The notes beneath the pieces were generated by a model that did not search any database, was not told the DNA's origin, and was given only the letters and a program-made list of their open reading frames with translations. This document shows, one piece after another, positions 1-8,111 of a DNA stretch of 55,470 nt. How positions within the stretch are numbered: position 1 is the stretch's first letter; each line of letters opens with the position of its first letter. The position numbers were made by a program, and so were the translations under genes. Source of the DNA: a virus (lineage: Duplodnaviria > Caudoviricetes); the IMG/VR virus record IMGVR_UViG_3300045911_000113, positions 1-55,470 of that record, one strand, 5' to 3'.

Positions 1-93
1 ACCGGTTTCAATGAAAGGCTCTCTAGCGGGACCAATGAGATCCACAAATCGATGAATCAATAGTGCATGCGTCTTGTCAGTGTTTTTTGCCAT
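1..93 (-). CDS. 5' end of hypothetical protein (runs off window start)
   Basis: ATG at 93 (MAKNTDKTHALLIHRFVDLIGPAREPFIETG), GAGGA RBS and TATTTAT motif upstream; frame open to position 1. Confidence 0.6.
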   Translation of the reverse strand, partial: MAKNTDKTHALLIHRFVDLIGPAREPFIETG

Positions 94-138
94 TTGAGTT
101 CCTCGGAAAGTTATAAATAAGGTAATTAGTGTTAAAAT

Positions 139-2223
139 TTATGTCAAGGGGTCGGAGCTGACCATAAGTTTATTGAGTGTGCGAGCAATGCTGGTAATGT
201 TGGTCGGATCAATGAAATGTGCATCTTGACCATACATCTTACGAAACCCCACATGTTCCTCCTTGCTATGACCGATGTAATAACTCATTACCTGAATGCC
301 ACTGGCACGGAACTCCTGCATCATACGACGGGTGTGCGTGTATGCCGATTCGCCACGGTATGAGTAGTGACGACCCTTCCACTGAAATCCGTGAGCGGGC
401 TCACCGTCCGACAGATTGATGAAATACTTCTTAGCGCCCTTGCTCGTCTTGAGAATTTCTTCCTTGACGGCTTCAAAGCACAGCGCTTCCGGTGTTCCGC
501 CCGTCGCATCCAGGTATGGCACTACATCACGAACGCGCTGGAACTTGTGGCGCTTGCTGTCATAGATGATCGCCAGATGGGCGTGTGTCAAGTCACCGTC
601 ACGAACCGCAATCGTGCAATTCATTTTGCGATTCTTTTCCGCTGCGTAGGCAATAGCCACCGCAAGTGTCATCGCATTGCGGAACTTATCACCCGCCATC
701 GAACCGCTGAGATCGATATCAAGCCACACATCAACGGGTTGACGCTGTTCGGTAACAATATGATGGAACACCTTTTCGTTACCATATCCAAATCCCGAAA
801 TCAGTCGCTTATCAATACGCCCAGTTTCCTGACGGGTGAACTTCATAGGCGACTCGTCCTGCACCACGGAAATACGGGAGGCAAGAACCTGACCCATACG
901 AATGCCATCGGCAAGCGCACGCTCGGCATCGGGGTTGCGGTCACTATTGCGACCATAACTATGCGTATGGAATCGCATCGGGAACGAATTGCGTTGCACC
1001 GTCTGCTTGGTAACTTCCCGATAAATGATAATCGGACACTTGATGTCTCGGCCAAGAAAATTACCCTCAATCGCCTTGAACTCTGCCTTGGAATCCTCAA
1101 GCATCTGGAGATCTCGCATAATCCGATTTGGCAGCGTCTCCTTTTGTTCATTGAGCGCCGAGTGGTCAAGGAACTTACGCTGCTTGTTGAGCGCGTCGTC
1201 GAGTTCTTTACCGGACACGGGACGATATTCGACTTCACCGTCGCTGTTTTCGTTTGTCGGCGAAAAGTCCATATTCGGCATATCAGTAACAACCGTCTTG
1301 ACATTTTGCAACTTCATATCATCCGGCCGACCATTCTCACTTGTGACCGACTTGCTATTACGGACGATGATTTCCGCAATACGAAGCGCATCCGCAAACA
1401 ACAGAGGCAGATGATCGTGATTGACCGTGCCCAGACCAGCCCACCGACGCCATCCGAGATCCTCATCACCACGCGCAAACAAACCCTTGCGCGTGAAATT
1501 GATAATATCACGAATCTTGTCAAGATCTGGAAGTGCCGTAATATCGAAATGCTTGTTCGTCATATTGATAACGAACAATTCGTAATTACGAACGGATGGA
1601 TCGCGGAACTTGGGATCGCGCAGCGCATTATCAATCTCCGCACTGTGCCAGTATGCGTTATACAATGCTTGATAATACGGACGATACCCGCTCGCATTCT
1701 CGTACATCCACAGATCAATACGGCGATCTTCCATATAATTCATCATCATCTGAATGAGCTGATGAACATCTCGTTCGTTCATGCCGATCTTGGATGCATC
1801 CTCCAGAATCGTACTCTTGCCGACAAGATCACAGAAGTTCTTTTCCATCTTCGGAAGAAATGCCAACGACGCATTACTGAGAAGACAGTGCGAAGCTTCG
1901 TGCAGCGCCACACCGACCTGTACGTCAATTTTCAACGGATCAAGATCAGCGGAAATCACGACCTGCTTGCCGTCGGTGTAACTGAGCTGGCCACTTGAGA
2001 AAATCACGGGGATATTACGTCCCGTGACAATCTGAACGAAATTGCCGATGGCACGCTGCACGATGCGAAGCCGCCGCAAGTGTTCGGGCGAACCTATTTC
2101 GCACTGCGTCATCATTTCTTCGGCTTCATCGCCGAGCCAATAAACGCTGTGCTGTTCACGAGCCTTGGCAATCCGTTCTTGGATGCGCTTCTGAACGTAT
2201 GGATTCTGAATAGTAGTAGTCAT
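139..2223 (-). CDS. vWA-domain protein with N-terminal HExxH metallopeptidase-like domain (CobT-like partner of MoxR ATPase)
   Basis: VALHEASH and EDRRID motifs; C-terminal MIDAS DLSGSM...GGTP...LSDGEP; adjacent to MoxR AAA. Confidence 0.85.
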   Translation of the reverse strand: MTTTIQNPYVQKRIQERIAKAREQHSVYWLGDEAEEMMTQCEIGSPEHLRRLRIVQRAIGNFVQIVTGRNIPVIFSSGQLSYTDGKQVVISADLDPLKIDVQVGVALHEASHCLLSNASLAFLPKMEKNFCDLVGKSTILEDASKIGMNERDVHQLIQMMMNYMEDRRIDLWMYENASGYRPYYQALYNAYWHSAEIDNALRDPKFRDPSVRNYELFVINMTNKHFDITALPDLDKIRDIINFTRKGLFARGDEDLGWRRWAGLGTVNHDHLPLLFADALRIAEIIVRNSKSVTSENGRPDDMKLQNVKTVVTDMPNMDFSPTNENSDGEVEYRPVSGKELDDALNKQRKFLDHSALNEQKETLPNRIMRDLQMLEDSKAEFKAIEGNFLGRDIKCPIIIYREVTKQTVQRNSFPMRFHTHSYGRNSDRNPDAERALADGIRMGQVLASRISVVQDESPMKFTRQETGRIDKRLISGFGYGNEKVFHHIVTEQRQPVDVWLDIDLSGSMAGDKFRNAMTLAVAIAYAAEKNRKMNCTIAVRDGDLTHAHLAIIYDSKRHKFQRVRDVVPYLDATGGTPEALCFEAVKEEILKTSKGAKKYFINLSDGEPAHGFQWKGRHYSYRGESAYTHTRRMMQEFRASGIQVMSYYIGHSKEEHVGFRKMYGQDAHFIDPTNITSIARTLNKLMVSSDPLT

Positions 2224-2229
2224 ACTCTG

Positions 2230-2285
2230 AATCTAACGACTTGAATTGTAAAAATCAAGTCTGGTTGTGTAACAAGTTTGTAACA
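2230..2285 (-). promoter_or_regulatory. sigma70-type promoter TTGATT-N17-TAGATT with upstream TGTTACA-N4-TGTTACA direct repeat; likely leaderless mRNA
   Basis: -10 at 2230-2235, -35 at 2253-2258, repeats at 2268-2274 and 2279-2285; -10 lies 6 nt from the ATG. Confidence 0.7.
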
Positions 2286-2321
2286 CCGAAATTACCGATT
2301 TTTGTATTTTTTCGTAATTGA

Positions 2322-3515
2322 TTATTCCCAGGGAAGGCTCTCGCCGTTTGGATCGTTCAGCGTGAACGGGCTCTTCACATCATCGAGACGAGTCGGCATG
2401 TGCTTCTGTACGATACTCTTGACGAATGTGCGTTCGCTATCCGTGCCGCCCGCATCGCTGAACGCGGGATACACCGTAACTTCCACTGCCTCGTCGAGCG
2501 TGAAACCATCATGCAACAGCTCGGCGATTTCGATGGTCATACGAGTGCTGACGATGTTGCTAACCTTGGGGTCATTCGACTTCGCATCGCGGCGAATATC
2601 ATTGGCGATATTGACCACCGCCTGAATCAGACGATCATTGACCTCAGGGAAACGTTCCTTGAGTAGATTGTATTCGTCGTCACGATTGAGCGGCTCCACT
2701 TCGATAACAGTGAAACGATCAATAAGTGCCGCGTCGAGCGTTCGCGTTGCCGTAAACGAGTGGCCGATGTTTGCCGTGGCGATAAATGTCACGCCGGGTG
2801 CCACTGCGATGGTCGGCGTATCGGGCGCTTCATCAATACGAAGGAAACGCTGCTTGTAGTCGAGCACGGGCATCAACAGGTTCCACGCATCGGGGTGAGC
2901 GCGAGTCAACTCGTCCAAAAGAACGATGGCATTTGGCGTCTTAATCGCATTTACGAAATACGATTCGGCCACGAACGTACCTTCGCCTTCCCGGAAATGC
3001 GTGTTACCAACAATCACGCTGCGGGGATCCTGTGTGGAACCGAGCGGAATATTGAAAATCGGACGATTGAGCACTTCGGAAAGTGTGAATGCGAGCACGG
3101 TCTTACCACAACCCTGCGGACCAGTAATCATCATATTCTTGCCACGAATTGCGGCGCGGATTGCAAATCGCCACTTGAGGTCGCTCATCTTGTACGATTG
3201 TGGCCGAATTGCGGCTGCGTTCGTGATGAACTTGACGATCTTGTTGTGATCCATTTCCAGATCATTGAAATTTCGGGTGGCATGATTCTTAGCCACTGCC
3301 TCATACTCGGCCATGCTGACCTTACGCCACTGCAAACCGTTCGCAGCTTCCGTGGCCTTGAGCGCCATATTTGCCTCGAATGCCCTGGCCATCTGATAAC
3401 TCTCGAACAGATCGGTCAAATCATCACCGTTCGTATTCATCGCATGATAACGGCTGCCATCCTTAGTGATCTTGACAATGGTTCCGACGAGATTCTTGTT
3501 TACGGTAGCGTTCAC
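2322..3515 (-). CDS. MoxR/CobS-like AAA+ ATPase
   Basis: Walker A GPQGCGKT, Walker B LLDELTR, ATAN sensor, LDAALIDRF, STR sensor 2. Confidence 0.9.
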   Translation of the reverse strand: MNATVNKNLVGTIVKITKDGSRYHAMNTNGDDLTDLFESYQMARAFEANMALKATEAANGLQWRKVSMAEYEAVAKNHATRNFNDLEMDHNKIVKFITNAAAIRPQSYKMSDLKWRFAIRAAIRGKNMMITGPQGCGKTVLAFTLSEVLNRPIFNIPLGSTQDPRSVIVGNTHFREGEGTFVAESYFVNAIKTPNAIVLLDELTRAHPDAWNLLMPVLDYKQRFLRIDEAPDTPTIAVAPGVTFIATANIGHSFTATRTLDAALIDRFTVIEVEPLNRDDEYNLLKERFPEVNDRLIQAVVNIANDIRRDAKSNDPKVSNIVSTRMTIEIAELLHDGFTLDEAVEVTVYPAFSDAGGTDSERTFVKSIVQKHMPTRLDDVKSPFTLNDPNGESLPWE

Positions 3516-3553
3516 GGTAATTCCTCGGTGGTTGGTCTTATGATTACAACTTA

Positions 3554-3598
3554 AAACTACTCAATAACAACGAAGAAGTCAATCCCCTATATGTAACA
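3554..3598 (-). promoter_or_regulatory. sigma70-type promoter TTGACT-N17-TAGTTT with TGTTACA box 9 nt upstream of -35
   Basis: -10 at 3554-3559, -35 at 3577-3582, box at 3592-3598. Confidence 0.7.
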
Positions 3599-3626
3599 AA
3601 AAAACCCGCTTTTAGGCGGGTTTTGT
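3598..3626. terminator. probable intrinsic (possibly bidirectional) terminator
   Basis: aaaacccgc-ttttag-gcgggtttt hairpin flanked by A/T runs, overlapping the stop of ORF 3612..3863. Confidence 0.7.
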
Positions 3627-3863
3627 TACAAATCGTTGAATTATATTATCTACTTGAATTTCTAATTGTTTTTGTTGAATTGGATCGTATACGCCGAAAC
3701 TTTCCCACGATGAAATCGTTTCATGTTCCATTCCCGGCGACCATTCTCGCGTTCCATCGGGTTTTACAACACACACAATCTTGCCATTTGATGCATATAA
3801 ATATGCACCGGTACGTTTCACATCCAATGTAGGCCACTCGGCGTGTTCATCATGCTCGTGCAT
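3612..3863 (-). CDS. hypothetical protein
   Basis: ORF overlaps upstream gene in operon-like fashion. Confidence 0.6.
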   Translation of the reverse strand: MHEHDEHAEWPTLDVKRTGAYLYASNGKIVCVVKPDGTREWSPGMEHETISSWESFGVYDPIQQKQLEIQVDNIIQRFVTKPA

Positions 3864-4323
3864 TTAACTCACTCAACGTATCGGGGTCATACATGTCATA
3901 TAATTGCTTTGCTAGACTTTTCGTTTCTCGAATCGCAAAGTTCATGTCTCGATAATTGACTACATGTGCTTGGTCGATACGTTTTGGTTTGAAGTCATGT
4001 TCACCCATAAAGTGGAATCCAATCCACCAACGGCGGATCGGCGGATTGAAAAAAAGATCTTCACTGGGTGCGATGCCCGCGAAACTTACACTATTATGAA
4101 CATCAACAAATTCAAATACGGTATGTGTTTTATTGGTCAAGTAAACAGGATGTTGTGGTGGAATACCTACAAAGGCACGCCAGGCACCACATTCGGGAAT
4201 TCGATGCATAACACAGGCAAATGATGTCGTTTCGTCTATCCAACGAACACAATCAGGTTCCTGTTGCCACGGTCCTGGTAGCCAATCCTCCTTGTCGTAT
4301 ATCTTCAGTTGGTACATACCCAA
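3850..4323 (-). CDS. hypothetical phage protein
   Basis: 157 aa ORF with W..GPW..EPD N-terminus; GAGGAG RBS. Confidence 0.65.
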   Translation of the reverse strand: MGMYQLKIYDKEDWLPGPWQQEPDCVRWIDETTSFACVMHRIPECGAWRAFVGIPPQHPVYLTNKTHTVFEFVDVHNSVSFAGIAPSEDLFFNPPIRRWWIGFHFMGEHDFKPKRIDQAHVVNYRDMNFAIRETKSLAKQLYDMYDPDTLSELNARA

Positions 4324-4840
4324 TCTCCTCGCAAATCAGTTCGATAAGAGTATCTTCACCTAACTCATCATAATAGACAAATGGGATTTCATAAAGTTCT
4401 AGCAGATTGATAATTTGATTATCAATACTTACACTCTCGGTAAGAGAATGTATGCGTCCCATCATTGAGTGTGGATAATTACCATCACGACGAATAAAAA
4501 CGTTCATATTATTCAGTCGTTTGTGCTGTTCCAATACCAGTTTCACAAGATGCTCAGAGGTATTTGGATTATAAATAGCCGATAACAATAACGGGCTATC
4601 TATCACGGCGACCCGAGTATTTTTGTAAGCACACTGAACACGATACAACTGATTGGCAAATACATAGATTTGATTTGCTAATGCAGTTTTATTACCTTCG
4701 AGCACCAAGTCTTTTGGAAACTCAGCAACCAACTCGGTGTCTACATGTAGCTTCTTGAGCTTAACAAACAACGACGCGGCAGCCGTACTTTTGCCATTTC
4801 CCGGACCGGAGAAAAAATTTACACATATGCGATCTATCAT
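4253..4840 (-). CDS. P-loop kinase/ATPase (AAA_28/NadR-like)
   Basis: N-terminal GPGNGKST, AVIDSPLL. Confidence 0.75.
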   Translation of the reverse strand: MIDRICVNFFSGPGNGKSTAAASLFVKLKKLHVDTELVAEFPKDLVLEGNKTALANQIYVFANQLYRVQCAYKNTRVAVIDSPLLLSAIYNPNTSEHLVKLVLEQHKRLNNMNVFIRRDGNYPHSMMGRIHSLTESVSIDNQIINLLELYEIPFVYYDELGEDTLIELICEEIGYVPTEDIRQGGLATRTVATGT

Positions 4841-4965
4841 ATTAGATTTTTTGAATTGCGAGTTTGCGTTCTTTTTAAAAATGTCAGTGATTGGTTTCGT
4901 AAATTATCATAGCGACCTCCACCAATACTAATAATTAGTGTGGACCGCTATAAAGATTGACACCT

Positions 4966-5142
4966 CTATTTACGCCGCATTATTGCACGATTTTCTACTC
5001 GTTTTAGTCTTGCATCGAGGTGGCGAAATTTCATTTCATAGTCTCTAACAATTTGTTCAAGTTTACGAATACGTTTTTCTTTTTCAACCGATTCTCGTAT
5101 TAATTGTTCTATTTGTACTTTTTCTGGATCAAGTCGCATCAT
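4966..5142 (-). CDS. small coiled-coil hypothetical protein (58 aa, below ORF-track cutoff)
   Basis: MMRLDPEKVQIEQLIRESVEKEKRIRKLEQIV...; start overlaps thyX stop. Confidence 0.55.
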   Translation of the reverse strand: MMRLDPEKVQIEQLIRESVEKEKRIRKLEQIVRDYEMKFRHLDARLKRVENRAIMRRK

Positions 5143-6002
5143 CATACCTTATGATTATCAGGCACCCATTCGCTGATGCCATCAACGACAGCGTTGAGTT
5201 TGAAGTCACTAAAATAAGTTGGAGCAAGTGGTCGAACCACCGTAAACAAAACATCAGCCAACTGACGAATTTCAGGTTCGGCATGACGATTGCTTCGTGC
5301 CTCAATGAACCAACGAAGCGCTCGATAGTTCATTGTCCAAGTGCCTCGCGTCTCTAATCCATGTGGTAGAATGTTACGAGCCTTACCACGAGCCCACTTA
5401 CGCAAATCAAATCCCGTGAGATCGTTGGGATTTAACATTTCAAGATCAGCCACCTGTTCTGCATACAACTTGAATGCTCTTTCGGCTCCATCAAGGTATT
5501 CCTTGACCAAAACCACTTCAGGGATCAAGTCGTCATCCGTGACTTTCTTAGCAGGCATCCATCCACGGACGGGATCACGCGCGAACTTATGCTTACGAAA
5601 CAGATCAGCATAATATGGTTCAAGCACAATAGCACTATCTTCTTCTTTAGTATATCGCGTTGAACGTTGACTGATTGCAAATGGACGGTGACGATTCAAT
5701 TCAAGAGAAAGACCGCGAGTGATACCTTCAATGAAAAAACTCACGGTGGCGTGTTCAAGAACTGATCCATGACCATGCTCAAGAATTGCGGTTTGATTGT
5801 CGGTATTACTGCGGCCGTGCTTTCCACTGCTATCATAGCACACTTTTGCGGCAAAACTACCCAGTTTCTCAGCATCTGTGCCGTCCTCTGGAATTTCAAA
5901 TCTGTCTGTTGGGTAGAACTTAGTGTGTGCTACTATAGTAACCCTGGGTTCCAAGATGACCTTCATGCATTCTCCCGTTTTAGTTTCAATCATTTGTTCC
6001 AC
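5142..6002 (-). CDS. thyX: flavin-dependent thymidylate synthase
   Basis: GHGSVLEHA, RHR...SQRSTRY signature, AR.ILP, HAEPEIR. Confidence 0.92.
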   Translation of the reverse strand: MEQMIETKTGECMKVILEPRVTIVAHTKFYPTDRFEIPEDGTDAEKLGSFAAKVCYDSSGKHGRSNTDNQTAILEHGHGSVLEHATVSFFIEGITRGLSLELNRHRPFAISQRSTRYTKEEDSAIVLEPYYADLFRKHKFARDPVRGWMPAKKVTDDDLIPEVVLVKEYLDGAERAFKLYAEQVADLEMLNPNDLTGFDLRKWARGKARNILPHGLETRGTWTMNYRALRWFIEARSNRHAEPEIRQLADVLFTVVRPLAPTYFSDFKLNAVVDGISEWVPDNHKV

Positions 6003-6028
6003 GACCCGTTGATTGTGGAAACTACTTC

Positions 6029-6057
6029 AAGTTACTATGTGGAGTTTGTTTTGTCAA
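6029..6057 (-). promoter_or_regulatory. sigma70-type promoter TTGACA-N17-TAACTT (thyX)
   Basis: consensus -35 and 17-nt spacer. Confidence 0.65.
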
Positions 6058-6058
6058 G

Positions 6059-6820
6059 TCAGTTCTGCGGCGGAACAATGCGATAACCCATACCACGAAC
6101 ACTTTGTAGCATTCCGCCCGCAGGTCCGAGGCGCTTTTTTAGTCGAGCCACATGCATATCCACGGTACGTGTCTGAACATCGGGGGCGGCACCCCACACT
6201 TTATCAAGAAGTGTTGATCGAGATACAACTTTATTCTGATTACCAGCAAGATAAGTGAGCAACTTAGATTCCGTCTTTGACAATTGTAGCGGTTCGCCAT
6301 TTAGAGTAACACTGCCTTCCTTGGGATCAATGGATAACGGACCCACATCTACGGTCAATTTCTTGGGTTGACCGCGTTCGATAGGTACCACGCGCAACTT
6401 AAATCCGTCAGGACCGGATTCAATGCTAATACTGGCATCTTTGTGTTTTTGCATGAGTGTTTTAATCATGCCAGGCAACTGACGAGCAGCGTCCTTATGC
6501 TTGATTTCATATTCACCTTGGCCGGTCGATAAACGTTTATTAATTTTATCCGGTACAGCATTAACCCGTGAGTCTGGTCCAATCATTTGATTTGGATCAC
6601 TCGGTTCCGTGTTTGTTGCTTTCTTTACATCGTTCGGCTGCAAGGCAACAAGTTTACCATTCTTGGTCTTGTGGGTAACTTTACCATCCTTACCCCAACG
6701 GCCAAAGCTCATATAATCCAAACCAAGCTTCTTTGCATCTTCGCTTGCCTTGCTTTCCATACGAACGTTAACGCGGCGAAGCTTCTCTCGGAGTCGTTGT
6801 CGAATTTGTTCGTTAGTCAT
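6059..6820 (-). CDS. phage protein with C-terminal OmpR/PhoB winged-helix DNA-binding domain, no receiver domain
   Basis: LSKTESKLL..L..N..KVVSR..LL..VWG...TRTVDMHVARLKKRLG...SVRGMGYRI (Trans_reg_C pattern). Confidence 0.85.
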   Translation of the reverse strand: MTNEQIRQRLREKLRRVNVRMESKASEDAKKLGLDYMSFGRWGKDGKVTHKTKNGKLVALQPNDVKKATNTEPSDPNQMIGPDSRVNAVPDKINKRLSTGQGEYEIKHKDAARQLPGMIKTLMQKHKDASISIESGPDGFKLRVVPIERGQPKKLTVDVGPLSIDPKEGSVTLNGEPLQLSKTESKLLTYLAGNQNKVVSRSTLLDKVWGAAPDVQTRTVDMHVARLKKRLGPAGGMLQSVRGMGYRIVPPQN

Positions 6821-6824
6821 GGTA

Positions 6825-7379
6825 TTAATTCGCGTAAAATGTAACGTGACCTTGACGATATTCTACAAGGTGACGGTCATTGGTGTGTTTAACATTGTTG
6901 AGGAAATATAACATGAGTTCATTGATTTGAACTTCAAGCAGTTCGGCAACGGTATTGATGTGCATACGCTTTTCCAGGGCTGGTCCAAAGCTATTACCTT
7001 GTTCACGAACGCGCTTGAACATTTCTGTAAAACATTCCTTACGAATTTCTTCTAGACCTTTTTCAATTTTTTTGTTGGTCTTTTCAATTTCTTCCTGCAA
7101 CTTTGCGTATTCTTCTTTAATGATACGCTTGAGGTCACTACGACTTATAGACTCCGACTTCATAGCCTTACTAATCGCGTTTCGACGGTTCTTGAGATAG
7201 GCGTCAGAGCTATCCGTGTCACCATCGTTATCTACGTCATCGTCTTCCTGTCCTACGGGGTCAAGATCCTCAGACTTTAGCCCTAATGCACGTTCTGTGT
7301 TCTGGACCATTTCTTGAAACGCGCTTGGGTTTCCATTGATGGGCTTCAGATCTACCAGCCCGAGCATACGAATAGGCAT
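6825..7379 (-). CDS. hypothetical protein, likely internal head/prohead core-type
   Basis: LDPVGQEDDDVDNDGDTDSSDAYLKNRR acidic motif familiar from large T4-like phages; several L/I-x-E sites. Confidence 0.6.
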   Translation of the reverse strand: MPIRMLGLVDLKPINGNPSAFQEMVQNTERALGLKSEDLDPVGQEDDDVDNDGDTDSSDAYLKNRRNAISKAMKSESISRSDLKRIIKEEYAKLQEEIEKTNKKIEKGLEEIRKECFTEMFKRVREQGNSFGPALEKRMHINTVAELLEVQINELMLYFLNNVKHTNDRHLVEYRQGHVTFYAN

Positions 7380-7422
7380 ATTATATCTCTCAAAAAGAGG
7401 TGATTCTGTAATAAATAGTAAC

Positions 7423-8109
7423 TTATAGACTATTCAACATCTGAATGAGTTCTTTCTGTGGAAAACAATCAAACTTGTCGGGTCGAACTGAAGTGTGTGA
7501 CCAAACACCTGGATCTCCACGTAATGCCTCAGGGCAAATGTCAAAAATACGGTCACCCTTGTATTTGACGGGAATGTTCCATCGGTTCCCAAGGAAACGA
7601 ATGAGGTCACGGGTATTCTCCAGCTGAGCGTCGGTATACTTCTGGTAAAACTTAAATCCTTTATATGGACGATCAAGTTCTACGACCTGGTCATCAGGAA
7701 CTCGGCCGCCGGCGTAGTTAATGAATCCCTTATCGGTCTGTTTCAACTGACCCCAATTGCAGATTTCAATACCAATGCTTTCGCGATTGAGTTGTGTATT
7801 GGATAATGCGTTGGGTCCACCTACACGGAGATGTACTTGTTTCAATCCTAAATGCCATGCCCATCTACTACTATTAAATAGTTGAATGATATCCCCATCC
7901 TTCCATCGAGTTGAAGTACCAGGATGTCCCGCAATAATAAAACTGGTTGCTACGCGCTCGGGCGTGCTTTCCCACCATCGAATTACACCATATGGGTCAG
8001 GAGAACTTGCAGTGTGATGAATGTAAATTTGCTTTTTGGTTGTATTTTCGTTGATGTAGTGTTGTGTTCCAAATGGCACCATAGTAATCTTTTTTAATAT
8101 ATCAGACAT
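7423..8109 (-). CDS. N-acetylmuramoyl-L-alanine amidase (Amidase_2), endolysin
   Basis: IYIHHTAS, WAWH, SIGIEICN, WSH..VRPDKFD; start moved to MSDILKK after AAGGAG RBS. Confidence 0.85.
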   Translation of the reverse strand: MSDILKKITMVPFGTQHYINENTTKKQIYIHHTASSPDPYGVIRWWESTPERVATSFIIAGHPGTSTRWKDGDIIQLFNSSRWAWHLGLKQVHLRVGGPNALSNTQLNRESIGIEICNWGQLKQTDKGFINYAGGRVPDDQVVELDRPYKGFKFYQKYTDAQLENTRDLIRFLGNRWNIPVKYKGDRIFDICPEALRGDPGVWSHTSVRPDKFDCFPQKELIQMLNSL

Positions 8110-8111
8110 GA

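Noticed and set aside
367-1998. 543-aa + strand ORF, and the other + strand ORFs
   Set aside because: Antisense shadows of recognisable minus-strand genes; no motifs or RBS.
4845-4950. ISIGGGRYDNL resembling a HisRS motif
   Set aside because: Short start-less frame; the match is explained by a GGAGGT Shine-Dalgarno-like sequence and chance.
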